DNA from: Patescibacteria group bacterium
GTDB lineage: Bacteria > Patescibacteriota > Saccharimonadia > Saccharimonadales > JAZKJC01
Assembly (NCBI GenBank): GCA_040384565.1
Contig: JAZKJC010000010.1
Coordinates: forward strand, 7,113 to 71,112
Reading direction: 5' to 3'
Length of the DNA: 64,000 bases
The notes beneath the pieces are model-generated. The model made no database searches and was not told the origin of the DNA. It saw nothing but the letters and a program-made list of their open reading frames with translations. The position numbers were made by a program, and so were the translations under genes. Positions 9,272-19,159 of the stretch are shown here, piece by piece; position 1 is the stretch's first letter; every line of letters starts with the position of its first letter.

Positions 9272-10204
9272 ATGGTAAAACCTCACAATAAGCCAGTTAG
9301 CGATTTTATTATGCCGCTGCACATCAATGGGCTCCAGGGCCGGATGTTGCATATGCCTGCCCCGGCTGGCAAAAAGCGAGAAATATTATTGATTTATGGG
9401 CACCATGCCAGTTTGGAACGGCTGCAAGGGCTGGCAGAAATACTGAATGATTACGGTGCAGTAACCATGCCTGATTTGCCAGGGTTTGGCGGAATGGATA
9501 GCTTCTATAAAATCGGCCAGAAAGCCACCCTGGACAATTTTGCCGACTACCTGGCTACATTTATAAAGATGAAATACCGTCGTAAGCACGTAACTATCCT
9601 TGGTGTAAGTCTGGGCTTTGTCATTGCAACCAGGATGTTGCAACGATTCCCTGACCTCACCAAGAAAGTAGATCTGCTAGTAAGTGCGGTAGGGTTTACG
9701 CATCATGATGATTTTAACTTTACCCCCAGCCGCCACCGTTTTTATCTGAATAGCGCGCGCGTATTTTCACATACTTTACCGGCGACGTTTTTTAAGAATC
9801 TCTGCCTAAACCCGATTGTTTTACGTCTGGCCTATAGCAAAACTAAAAATGCCAAAAAAAGATTCGAGGGACTTTCAAAATCAGAGAAGCGCATATCTAT
9901 GAATTTTGAAATTCATCTCTGGCAGTGCAATGATGTCCGTACCTACATGGCTATGGGAAAATCTTTTCTAAAACTTGATAATTGCAAAACAAAAATTGGG
10001 TTACCGGTATGGCACATCAACAGCGATAATGACCAGTATTTTGATAGCCACCGGATAGAGCAGCATATGAGGATTGTCTTTACAGATTTCCACGCTGTAC
10101 GTTCTAGGCTGAGAAACCATGGCCCGAGCATTATCCTAGATAAAGCCGAAGCCAGACAGATGTTACCACCAAAGATCCGGCAGCTACTAGCCGAACCCAC
10201 GTAG
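9272..10204 (+). CDS. Alpha/beta-fold hydrolase
   Basis: 310 aa. Nucleophile elbow GVSLG, and LLIYGHHASLERL...PDLPGFG, typical of the fold. Confidence 0.7.
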   Translation: MVKPHNKPVSDFIMPLHINGLQGRMLHMPAPAGKKREILLIYGHHASLERLQGLAEILNDYGAVTMPDLPGFGGMDSFYKIGQKATLDNFADYLATFIKMKYRRKHVTILGVSLGFVIATRMLQRFPDLTKKVDLLVSAVGFTHHDDFNFTPSRHRFYLNSARVFSHTLPATFFKNLCLNPIVLRLAYSKTKNAKKRFEGLSKSEKRISMNFEIHLWQCNDVRTYMAMGKSFLKLDNCKTKIGLPVWHINSDNDQYFDSHRIEQHMRIVFTDFHAVRSRLRNHGPSIILDKAEARQMLPPKIRQLLAEPT

Positions 10205-10390
10205 GAGACATCCCTTATATCACAAAACTAGCACAGAATAACACCTCTAGAGGCAACCACTAGTTTACTGGAGTTCAAACAGTGTTCTTGCTGGTTATAG
10301 TACAATTCGAGATGTAATGTAGAGTCAGGTAGTAGACAATAGTGCGAACAAGGTGTAATATATGTTAATTATAATTCTAATATATTTGGA

Positions 10391-10690
10391 GTGATCATGA
10401 GTGAAACAGGTGAAAGATTTTTTAAAGGTGGTGTTTACGGTACTGAGAATGAAATCAATCGCGAACTAAATGGTGGTAGGTTACATGAACAGTGGGAATA
10501 TGCTGTGGGAAATAATTTGTTAGGTCGTACTCTTAAACATCTAGCAGTCGATGAACCGCACGATGCAGACGGTGTATATGAGTCGCTAGCGGCAGCGCTT
10601 GAGCCTGAAGAGACAGCTGTTTTGATAGGGTTCACACAAGGTATTACGGGGGGCTTTGATATGAAGAAGATAGATAGCGCAGAGCATTAG
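10391..10690 (+). CDS. Hypothetical protein, possibly frameshifted (continues in another frame to 10827)
   Basis: 99-aa ORF. A coding-looking ORF without a start codon (10678..10827) follows in a different frame. Confidence 0.35.
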   Translation: MIMSETGERFFKGGVYGTENEINRELNGGRLHEQWEYAVGNNLLGRTLKHLAVDEPHDADGVYESLAAALEPEETAVLIGFTQGITGGFDMKKIDSAEH

Positions 10691-10878
10691 ATCATTACCG
10701 CAATGGTTCTGGGAATCTGCATGCCTACGCAGTGCCCACCCAGGACTATACGGACTTTGCAGAACAAACTGGTCTCTGGGAAGACCCTGTGGCAGTACGT
10801 GAGCGCTTTTGGCCCGACGTTGCATAGTATATTTAGAATGTAATACATCCTTGGTGCATCTGTTTGTTGCCACGAACT

Positions 10879-12009
10879 TTACGCGGCATATCGAGATGTT
10901 TGGGTAACAGCATTTAGAATGTGTCCATGGATCCAGGCTCCGACTGGCGCTCTTAGCAAGTACCCCTCTTCATCGTACATGCTAACACCAGGGTTATCTT
11001 TACTTAACCCAATAACAGTTTGTAGTGGGGGCTGGTTATGTCCATTGTGGTCACCATAGTTATAATAATGCGGCCTTGCATGATCTTCAATATTTCTTCT
11101 TTTGGAAAAATACATTGCGTAAGAGTCGTATAGATTACGCCAGCCAATAACTTCGTTAATGAACGGACGTATATCATCTTTTGGGCCTATCCCCGGGTCA
11201 TTACCTCTTAGCCTTGTATGTACAAAGTGGGCTCTATCACGTTCGGGTGCCAGACGAGCCCTCCGTGGTGATGATGGCGGTTCGTGAACGACTTCCCAAT
11301 AAGACTGGGCACTATTTAAATCACGGGCACGTAGAGTCTCCAAAATGCTCCATTTTGTGTCCACCCATACCGGCGATGGGCTACCGCCAAAATGTGGCAT
11401 GCCATACACTGCATAACGAGAGACAAAAGTTATTGGAATGCCAGCTGTTTGCAAGAAATTAAACGTATACCTCGCAGCTTCACGGTTGCACGTATAATTG
11501 AACGAGCTGTCGGGTTGCAATAAGCCATCTTTGAGCTCGGGTTGACCCCAAGCGGTTTTAATGCCACCCATCATTGTTACCCGATTTATTTTTTGGGCAC
11601 AAAGGTCTGGATGATTCTCAAAAAGTATTTTTGCGTCCGTGTGAGAACTCGTTAATGCTAAGACAACCGAATCGTCCTCTTCTTTCTCGATTATTTTTGG
11701 CAAGTGCTCTGTGGCCGATAACAAGGGTTTTGTTGATTGTCTATAGGTGGTCTCAAACTCGTACGGCTGGAAATCAGATGGATCGGGATCTTCTCCAACT
11801 AACACAGGTAGATTGTGCCGGCCAATAACTTCGAATAGGCTGCTCATTAGCTTAGCGCGACGCGGTGCTGCAGTATCATTTGCCACGTAAGCTTTCATAA
11901 CAAACTCACCGAAGTTCTCCATCCCTACAGCTGTTAGAGCAGCGTGCTCGCCATCGCTATCACGACCTGGATCGTCGATTATTATTAGTGGTTCCGGGCC
12001 TTTTCTCAT
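10879..12009 (-). CDS. Nucleoside hydrolase-like protein (IUNH-fold), tentative
   Basis: 376 aa. The N-terminal LIIIDDPGRDSDGEHAAL resembles the DxDxxxDD Ca-binding motif. A later ...VTMMGG... is as in IU-nucleoside hydrolases. Confidence 0.45.
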   Translation of the reverse strand: MRKGPEPLIIIDDPGRDSDGEHAALTAVGMENFGEFVMKAYVANDTAAPRRAKLMSSLFEVIGRHNLPVLVGEDPDPSDFQPYEFETTYRQSTKPLLSATEHLPKIIEKEEDDSVVLALTSSHTDAKILFENHPDLCAQKINRVTMMGGIKTAWGQPELKDGLLQPDSSFNYTCNREAARYTFNFLQTAGIPITFVSRYAVYGMPHFGGSPSPVWVDTKWSILETLRARDLNSAQSYWEVVHEPPSSPRRARLAPERDRAHFVHTRLRGNDPGIGPKDDIRPFINEVIGWRNLYDSYAMYFSKRRNIEDHARPHYYNYGDHNGHNQPPLQTVIGLSKDNPGVSMYDEEGYLLRAPVGAWIHGHILNAVTQTSRYAA

Positions 12010-12320
12010 AATTACGTAATTCTAATCCTCTCAGTACCACCCAAACGCTAACGGTGCCGTAGGCGCTTCTTAGACACCTGCACTACCCTGTATATGACTT
12101 ATTATACCATAATTATTAATATATACGGAATTTGTTACAATTTAGTTCATCGGAGAGCTCTTTCCTCTTATACTCATAGTCCTGACAGCGTAGGGCTAGA
12201 GGTAACATTTCGGAAACATTATTCATGAGCTAACGAATACTATTTGGAAAAGATTAGATGAGCTAAGTCGAGGTTAGGATTTTTAGGCACTGTTCACGGC
12301 TGGAGTATAATGATACTGAA

Positions 12321-13424
12321 ATGAAGATTGGGTTAGTGTGTCCTTATAACTTGTTTAAGGGTGGTGGTGTTCAGGAGTGCGTCTTTGCTATGCAGACAGA
12401 ACTTTCCGTGCGTGGCCACGAAGCCTTAATAATTACCCCACAACCACGAGACTACTCTGGGGATGTTGACACTTTTGTGCGCTTGCTGGGTAGATCGACA
12501 GATATGAGGTCACCATTCCATACGACTGCCCAAATTTCCGTGAGTGTTGACACAAAAGCAGTAGATGCCTTGCTTGACGCAGAAGATTTTGATATTTTGC
12601 ACTTTCACGAGCCGTGGGTCCCTTTGCTATCTTGGCAAATATTACCTAGAAGCAAAGCCCTAAACATTGCGACTTTCCACGCCAAGCTGCCTGATACGGT
12701 GATGTCTAAGACCATAGAACGAGTCATCACCCCCTATACCAAGTCTGTCCTAAAATATCTAGATACTTTAACAGCGGTTTCTGAGCCAGCCGCCAGCTAT
12801 GTAAGGTCACTAACTGACAGAGAAATCACAATTATACCCAACGGCATAGATCTAAAAAGATATAAAGGACCCGGCGATGAAGCATCACGTGATAAAAACA
12901 TGATTCTATATATCGGCAGATTAGAACGCCGTAAAGGCATCAAGAATCTTATAGAAGCCGTTGATGTTTTGGCAGCCAGCAAGCCAGATATAAGACTAAT
13001 TATCGCCGGCGCAGGTCCCGACCTTAAAAAGTTGGAAAACTACGTGGAAGAACTTGACGCGCCGGTTGAGTTTTTGGGCAGAGTAGACGAAGCAACTAAA
13101 ACAAAACTGCTAAATACCGCGCAGGTGTTTTGTTCCCCGGCCAAGTTTGGCGAAAGTTTTGGAATTGTGCTACTGGAAGCAATGGCCAGTAATTTGCCAG
13201 TAGTTGCCGGGGATAACCCTGGGTATCGGACTGTAATGCAGGGTGCTGGCCGACTATCTTTGGTTGACCCCTCAGATACGAATGAACTAGCTAGGCAGCT
13301 TGATATCATGATGAGCGAAAAAGCGGTGAGGAAAATTTGGCAGGATTGGGCCCAAAAGAACGTTAAAAAATATAGCTATACTAAAATTGTTGACCAATAC
13401 GAGGCAATCTATCAACAAGCTTAA
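12321..13424 (+). CDS. Glycosyltransferase family 4
   Basis: 367 aa. GT-B/GT4 C-terminal signature FCSPAKFGESFGIVLLEAMASNLPVVA. TATAAT lies 9 nt upstream of the ATG. Confidence 0.85.
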   Translation: MKIGLVCPYNLFKGGGVQECVFAMQTELSVRGHEALIITPQPRDYSGDVDTFVRLLGRSTDMRSPFHTTAQISVSVDTKAVDALLDAEDFDILHFHEPWVPLLSWQILPRSKALNIATFHAKLPDTVMSKTIERVITPYTKSVLKYLDTLTAVSEPAASYVRSLTDREITIIPNGIDLKRYKGPGDEASRDKNMILYIGRLERRKGIKNLIEAVDVLAASKPDIRLIIAGAGPDLKKLENYVEELDAPVEFLGRVDEATKTKLLNTAQVFCSPAKFGESFGIVLLEAMASNLPVVAGDNPGYRTVMQGAGRLSLVDPSDTNELARQLDIMMSEKAVRKIWQDWAQKNVKKYSYTKIVDQYEAIYQQA

Positions 13425-14529
13425 AATAGGGTTAGTGCTGGACGATAGCCTTGACCGAAATGACGGCGTACAACAGTATGTGCGTGCCCTTGGGGGCTGG
13501 TTAACTAAGCAAGGCCATACCGTGCATTACCTGGCGGGCCAAAGCAAGCCAAACCATGAAGCTGTATACAGTTTAAGCCGTAATGTGAACATTAGGTTTA
13601 ATGGCAATCGCCTTACGGTTCCCTTGCCTGCAAATTCATCAGACATTAAAGTCCTATTAGCTAACGAAAAATATGATGTGCTACATGTCCAGATGCCTTA
13701 TAGTCCAATGATGGCGGGGAAAGTGATTAAGTCGGCTGCACCGGAAACGGCGGTAGTCGGCACATTTCATATTTTGCCATTTGGTCGTTTGCAAAAATAT
13801 GGCAGCAGGGCGCTAGGGTTGGTGCAAAAGCGCCAATTAAAGCGTCTTGACGCTATATGTAGCGTATCACCAGCTGCTCAGCAATTTGCAAAATCACATT
13901 TTGGGCTTGTTAGCAGCGTTATTCCAAACATGATTGACACTGCCGCCTGGCAGACCAACATTCAGCCCGTTCCTGGCCGAATAGTGTTCTTGGGTCGTCT
14001 GGTTCCCCGAAAAGGCTGCAAGCAGCTGTTAAAGGCGCTTGCTAGCTTGCCGGAGCCACTAGGGAACACTATTGAAGTGTTAATTGCCGGTGATGGGCCA
14101 GAACGCCAAAAGCTACAAGAGTTTGCCAACAGCCATAATCTGACACAAGTAAAGTTTATGGGTTACGTTGATGAGCACGCTAAAGCCGATCTATTAGCAT
14201 CCGCCGTGGTAGCGGTTTTCCCATCGCTGGGAGGAGAAAGTTTCGGCATCGTACTGATAGAGGCGATGGCGGCAGGTGCCGGTGTAGTGCTTGGCGGCGA
14301 CAACCCAGGCTATAAAAGTGTTCTGGGGGAGGATTCTGGCGCCTTGATACAGCCCACTCACACTGGTAGCTTTGCCCAAAAGCTAGAATTATTTCTGACA
14401 GATAATTTACTCAATGAAAAAATACATAATCAGCAAAAACAATTAGTTCAGCAATACGATATTGACACGGTGGGGCCACAAATACTAAACATGTACCAAA
14501 CTGCCAAACCCCAGATTAACACTAACTAG
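13387..14529 (+). CDS. Glycosyltransferase family 4 (paralogue of the preceding gene)
   Basis: 380 aa with TTG start. Signature FPSLGGESFGIVLIEAMAAGAGVV. Confidence 0.85.
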   Translation: MLTNTRQSINKLKIGLVLDDSLDRNDGVQQYVRALGGWLTKQGHTVHYLAGQSKPNHEAVYSLSRNVNIRFNGNRLTVPLPANSSDIKVLLANEKYDVLHVQMPYSPMMAGKVIKSAAPETAVVGTFHILPFGRLQKYGSRALGLVQKRQLKRLDAICSVSPAAQQFAKSHFGLVSSVIPNMIDTAAWQTNIQPVPGRIVFLGRLVPRKGCKQLLKALASLPEPLGNTIEVLIAGDGPERQKLQEFANSHNLTQVKFMGYVDEHAKADLLASAVVAVFPSLGGESFGIVLIEAMAAGAGVVLGGDNPGYKSVLGEDSGALIQPTHTGSFAQKLELFLTDNLLNEKIHNQQKQLVQQYDIDTVGPQILNMYQTAKPQINTN

Positions 14530-14565
14530 GGTTGACGGCGTATTAGAAAGTGAGACAATAGATTC

Positions 14566-15675
14566 ATGTTAGGTTTCGGAAGAAAAAACAAAGATAACAG
14601 CGTTGAGATAACTATATCTAACCATACGGTTATTCGTATCCTGCTGCTAGTGATTCTGTCGTTCATGATGTTTGGCGCTATTCAGCGGGCTTCACATGCT
14701 TTAATACTCATTTTTACAGCCTTTTTCTTGGCACTTGCTCTCAACGCTCCGGTACACTGGCTATCCAATAATCTACCCGGCAAACGCCGTGGCAACCGTA
14801 CGCTAGCCACCGGTATTTCGTTTTTTATTATAATCGCGGTTTTACTCGGCTTCCTGGCGAGTATAGTCCCGCCGCTGGTAAGGCAAACTAGTAATTTTAT
14901 AGCTGAAGTTCCAAGCTTAATAGAAGATGTTAGAACTGAAGACAGCGGCTTAGGACGGTTTGTGCGCAAATATAACTTACAGGATCAATCGGATAAGTTT
15001 TCTAGCCAATTGTCTGAACGACTGCAAAACGTCAGTGGATCGGCTGTCTCGGCGTTCACGCGTATTACCAGTAGTATATTCTCTACTCTTACAATTCTTG
15101 TATTGACCTTTATGATGCTAATTGAGGGTCCGCGCTGGATAGCTTTTGCCAGACGCCTGATACCTGACAACAAAGAAGGTCACGCCGAAGTAATGGCGCA
15201 TGACATGTACAGGGTTATCACAGGATTTGTAAACGGCCAGGTAACATTAGCCGCCTTAGCTGCGGCCTTAATACTTGTTCCTTTAATACTGTTTGATGTT
15301 AGTTACCCGATTGCACTGATGGTTGTTGTGTTTATTTGTGGGCTTATACCACTTGTTGGCCATACCATAGGAGCCATTATTGTCAGTACAGTCGCACTGT
15401 TTACCTCACCGGTGTCTGCCCTTGGTATACTTATTTATTACATTCTTTACCAACAGATTGAAAACTATGTTTTACAGCCCAAAATTCAATCAAACTCTAC
15501 TAATATGTCGCCACTGTTAGTATTTACTTCAGTAATAATCGGTGTCAACTTTGGCGGCTTGCTAGGCGGTCTTGTCGCAATACCGGTTGCTGGCTGTTTG
15601 CGGATTGTAGTGCTAGATTATCTTACTTCAAGGCGCCTACTTAGTAAGGCTGAAGTCAGAGAAGAGCTGACTTAA
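14566..15675 (+). CDS. AI-2E family transporter (PerM/UPF0118)
   Basis: 369 aa, multi-TM. C-terminal YQQIENYVLQPKIQ...PLLVFTSVIIG...GGLVAIPVAG is typical of the family. Confidence 0.85.
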   Translation: MLGFGRKNKDNSVEITISNHTVIRILLLVILSFMMFGAIQRASHALILIFTAFFLALALNAPVHWLSNNLPGKRRGNRTLATGISFFIIIAVLLGFLASIVPPLVRQTSNFIAEVPSLIEDVRTEDSGLGRFVRKYNLQDQSDKFSSQLSERLQNVSGSAVSAFTRITSSIFSTLTILVLTFMMLIEGPRWIAFARRLIPDNKEGHAEVMAHDMYRVITGFVNGQVTLAALAAALILVPLILFDVSYPIALMVVVFICGLIPLVGHTIGAIIVSTVALFTSPVSALGILIYYILYQQIENYVLQPKIQSNSTNMSPLLVFTSVIIGVNFGGLLGGLVAIPVAGCLRIVVLDYLTSRRLLSKAEVREELT

Positions 15676-15682
15676 AACCTGG

Positions 15683-17047
15683 CTATAGTCGAAACCAAAT
15701 TTGCCCGTGTCCGGTATCACGAACACCAATTCCTTGTTGACCCAGCTCATCTCGTAGCTCATCTGATTTGCTCCAATCTTTAGCTCTACGAGCAGCTTCA
15801 CGAGTCTTAATCAATTGTTTTTCTTTCTCGGTAATGTCGATACTACTACCCAAACGCAAACCTAAGATACTGTCTATCCAGTCTATGAATGTATTGAAAG
15901 CTTCTTGAGCAGACAAGCTAATGCCACTGTTATCAATAGCGACTTCTAGTTCACTTAATACTGCTAGTGCTTGGGGTGTGTTTAAGTCATCTGCTAGTGC
16001 TTCACGGATAGCTTTTTGAGTTTTTTGTAGCTCTTGACGTATATCTTTAATCCCTGTTGACTGAAACCGCCTGTCTGCCATAGTTTGATAGCTTTGCAAT
16101 CGAATTTTTGCTGCCTCAAGCAAATCCCATGAAAAGTTTATGGTGGCCCGATAATGGCTTTGTAGCGTCAACATGCGTACCGACATCGGGTCATGGCCTT
16201 TTTCTAAAACTTCACGTATGGTAAAAAAATTACCCTTGCTCTTAGACATTTTGGCATCATCAATATTTAGAAAGCCGGTGTGAACCCAGTGCCTGACAAA
16301 TGGAACCTTGCCTGATGCTGATTCCATTTGGGTAATTTCGGCTTCGTGGTGTGGAAAAATCAAGTCAACTGCACCGCCATGGATGTCATACTGCGGTCCA
16401 AAAAAGTGTTCTGTAATAGCGGTGTCTTCTATGTGCCAGCCGGGCCGGCCATCGCCAAAAGATGCGTCCCAAACAGGCTCGCCGGGCTTTGAAAACTTCC
16501 ATAAACAAAAATCATTCCAGCCTTTCTTTTCCTCAGAATGATCTATTCGTGTCTGAGCGTCGTTTTGCGTCACTTTCGTGCGGCCGGATAGCTTACCGTA
16601 ACCCGGAAACGTTGCAACTTCAAAGTAAATGCCGTCAGCAATTTTGTAGGCGTGCCCTTTATCCAAAAGTACTTTAACTTGACGAATAATATCCTCGATG
16701 TAGTCGGTAGCTCGGGCATATTGCGTGACTGAGGTGTTGCCGAGGCTCGTCATATCTTTTAAGTATTCAGACTCAAATTTTTCCCGCAGTTGCTCCCAAC
16801 TTATGCCGTTTTCTTTTGCGCGGTTGATAATTTTATCGTCTATATCAGTAATGTTCTGCAAATAAAATACATCGAAGCCTTGGTCTTTCAGCACTCTCGC
16901 CAGTACGTCCAGTTGAATATAGGTTTTCGCATGACCAAGGTGCGAAAAGTCGTAAACTGTCGGTCCGCAAACAAATAACTTGACCTTGTCAGCTTCAATT
17001 GGCTCGAAATTCTCAACTTTGCGGATTAGACTGTTATATAGCTTCAT
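15683..17047 (-). CDS. cysS: Cysteine--tRNA ligase
   Basis: 454 aa. CGPTVYDFSHLGHAKTY (HIGH region) and KMSKSKGN. Confidence 0.95.
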   Translation of the reverse strand: MKLYNSLIRKVENFEPIEADKVKLFVCGPTVYDFSHLGHAKTYIQLDVLARVLKDQGFDVFYLQNITDIDDKIINRAKENGISWEQLREKFESEYLKDMTSLGNTSVTQYARATDYIEDIIRQVKVLLDKGHAYKIADGIYFEVATFPGYGKLSGRTKVTQNDAQTRIDHSEEKKGWNDFCLWKFSKPGEPVWDASFGDGRPGWHIEDTAITEHFFGPQYDIHGGAVDLIFPHHEAEITQMESASGKVPFVRHWVHTGFLNIDDAKMSKSKGNFFTIREVLEKGHDPMSVRMLTLQSHYRATINFSWDLLEAAKIRLQSYQTMADRRFQSTGIKDIRQELQKTQKAIREALADDLNTPQALAVLSELEVAIDNSGISLSAQEAFNTFIDWIDSILGLRLGSSIDITEKEKQLIKTREAARRAKDWSKSDELRDELGQQGIGVRDTGHGQIWFRL

Positions 17048-17058
17048 GGTGATTTCTT

Positions 17059-17292
17059 CTATTGTATCCTAGATGGCAGTAATCTTGAGTAAATTTTATA
17101 CAGGGCTAGTCCAGCCATTTCTTCAGCGGTTACAACTCTGCCTGGATTGTCTATAATACTGACAGTATCAGATAGATCATTGCCCACTATTGATGGCAGG
17201 GTTTCCTCAAACAGCTGATAGTCGTTAATTTCCCTGGCACCAGGCACCCTTACTGGAGCTTCATTCCTGCTTATTTCTGCTATAGTCATCAT
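17059..17292 (-). CDS. Small hypothetical protein
   Basis: 77-aa ORF with a weak RBS (aggaaataaATG). No motif recognised. Confidence 0.3.
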   Translation of the reverse strand: MMTIAEISRNEAPVRVPGAREINDYQLFEETLPSIVGNDLSDTVSIIDNPGRVVTAEEMAGLALYKIYSRLLPSRIQ

Positions 17293-17307
17293 TTATTTCC
17301 TGTTTTA

Positions 17308-17333
17308 TTAAAAAACCTCGGTTGCCCGAGGTT
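17308..17333 (-). terminator. Rho-independent terminator after the DHH phosphoesterase gene
   Basis: Minus strand: AACCTCGGgcaaCCGAGGTT followed by TTTTTTAA. Confidence 0.6.
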
Positions 17334-17428
17334 AAGTTTTAATTACTAAATTATTACGAGCAACAGTTAATAGTAGCGCTGCAGCAACAAGTTTGGATTT
17401 GAGTTTTGGATTTCATTATGACTATATG

Positions 17429-18433
17429 CTATTGCGGTTCGCTTGTTTTGTCAAGTAGCTCTGCGGCCTTAGCTATGCAGCCAGACTTAATTTCGTTAAA
17501 TGTACGGCCGTCAGTTACTTTGAAGCCAGCGGCGTACGAATGGCCTCCACCGCCAAAGTGAGCAGCCAAGTCCCCGGCAATATTACCGCCACTGTTGCAG
17601 CGGATGGAGCCAGTTACTTTGCCGTCTTTGTAATGTTTGAGCACAATGGCCAGTAAGACGCCCTCAATTTGAAGCATGTCAGTCTGGATTAACGGTGCCG
17701 GGTTATAGAGTGGGCTAAACTCCATTAGCTCGTCGTGCGGAACATTTACTAAGGCCAGCTTGCCGTCTATATGCAATTCCGTTCGCTGGATAAGCTTGGC
17801 TTTATAGCGGAAGATTGCTTCTGGCATTTTGCCAAAAGCACGCCGCGCTTCTTCTAGGGCTGGGCGGCTAACGCCAGATTCTATCAGATCGGCCATAATA
17901 CGGTAGGTTTGGGCAGTCGTGCCGTCACTGGTTAAACCAAGCGAATCAGACAAAATTGAGCTTGCAATGTGAGTTTTGGCCTGTAAATTCATTGTCCATC
18001 CCAGCCCACTGGCCAGTCCATAGATAACTTCACCGGTAGCAATGGCCTCTTTGTCATTCATGACCACAGTGGCGTATGCTATGTCACAGGCAACATCTGC
18101 ATGGTGGTCCAGCACTATCACCGGTTTTGAGGCCACTGGCGCACGATAAGGGCTGTTTTCGAGCTTTTCCAGTAAAACACTGGCGCTGGTATCAACAATA
18201 ATGCTTAGATCAAACTGATTTGGTATGTCCTTGCTTACCCGATCCCAGCCAGACAGATGTTTCAGGTAGTCTGGTATATCCACACCGCAGTACAGGAAAG
18301 TTTTCTTACCCAAATCTCCAAAAATTTCTTCTAATGCCAAGGCGCTGCCTAAACTATCACCATCGGGATTATCTGCCTGAATTATAACAATTGCTTGGCT
18401 ACTAGACACCAGGTCATTGATTTGGTCTTTCAT
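17429..18433 (-). CDS. DHH/DHHA1 family phosphoesterase (NrnA-like)
   Basis: 334 aa. DNPDGDSLGS, VLDHH and GGGGHSYAAGF motifs. Confidence 0.85.
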   Translation of the reverse strand: MKDQINDLVSSSQAIVIIQADNPDGDSLGSALALEEIFGDLGKKTFLYCGVDIPDYLKHLSGWDRVSKDIPNQFDLSIIVDTSASVLLEKLENSPYRAPVASKPVIVLDHHADVACDIAYATVVMNDKEAIATGEVIYGLASGLGWTMNLQAKTHIASSILSDSLGLTSDGTTAQTYRIMADLIESGVSRPALEEARRAFGKMPEAIFRYKAKLIQRTELHIDGKLALVNVPHDELMEFSPLYNPAPLIQTDMLQIEGVLLAIVLKHYKDGKVTGSIRCNSGGNIAGDLAAHFGGGGHSYAAGFKVTDGRTFNEIKSGCIAKAAELLDKTSEPQ

Positions 18434-19035
18434 AGTACTGTACGGCCTTCTAGGGCACGTCCCAGTGTGATCTGATCGGCGTATTCCAAGTCAACGCCTA
18501 CAGGCAAACCACGGGCTAGGCGGGTTATTTTAACCTTACGGCCAGCTATTTGTTGCTGGATATATAAGGCAGTCGACTCGCCCTCAACACTGGCGTTTGT
18601 GCCTAAGATAATTTCTTCTACCTTGTCATCATCGATTCGTTGCAGCAATTCTTTTACATGCAACTGATCCGGAGTGATGCCATCAATTGGTGACACTAGT
18701 CCCCCTAATACATGATAAGTTCCGTGATATTGACTGGTTTTTTCTAACGCGAGGATATCAAAGGGTTCAGCCACTACCATAATTACCTGTTTGTCTCGCT
18801 TTGGGTCAGTATAAAGATCCGATAAATCCTGGCCCTTAGGTACTAATGCAAAAGTTTTTTGGCATATTCCCACTCCGCCGTGCAGGCTTGAAAGTGCATT
18901 TGATATTTGAACTGCCGTTCGGGAATCTCCTTTCAACAGATAGTAGGCATATCTTTCCGCCGTCCTAGAACCAACACCAGGTAGTGTCTCTAGTGCCTCA
19001 ATAACATCTTCAAGTGCGCGGGGTAAGACACTCAC
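18430..19035 (-). CDS. recR: Recombination protein RecR
   Basis: 201 aa. LPGVGSRTAERYAYYLL HhH motif and a Toprim segment VVAEPFDILALEKT. The usual C4 zinc-finger cysteines are missing (only one Cys in that region). Confidence 0.9.
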   Translation of the reverse strand: MSVLPRALEDVIEALETLPGVGSRTAERYAYYLLKGDSRTAVQISNALSSLHGGVGICQKTFALVPKGQDLSDLYTDPKRDKQVIMVVAEPFDILALEKTSQYHGTYHVLGGLVSPIDGITPDQLHVKELLQRIDDDKVEEIILGTNASVEGESTALYIQQQIAGRKVKITRLARGLPVGVDLEYADQITLGRALEGRTVL

Positions 19036-19040
19036 CCTAA

Positions 19041-19129
19041 GTTTTCCGTTTTCCGTTTACTATTTACCATACATTTTCCTTTTTCTGTTTTCCATGGACA
19101 ACGGCTAATGGTTTATGCATGGTAAACAG
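19041..19129. repeat. Intergenic inverted-repeat element, copy A
   Basis: Ends ccgtttac...ggtaaacag. Shares ctgttttccat with copy B. Internal heptamers gttttcc gttttcc gtttac. Confidence 0.55.
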
Positions 19130-19159
19130 ATAATTGTGAACTGTGAAAGAGGAGGTTGG

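Noticed and set aside
17048-17428. Possible T-box leader upstream of cysS.
   Set aside because: There is no T-box consensus (only a loose GGGTGCCTGGTGCC) and no specifier/terminator arrangement before cysS. The hairpin at 17308..17333 terminates the upstream gene, and a 77-aa ORF fills the space.
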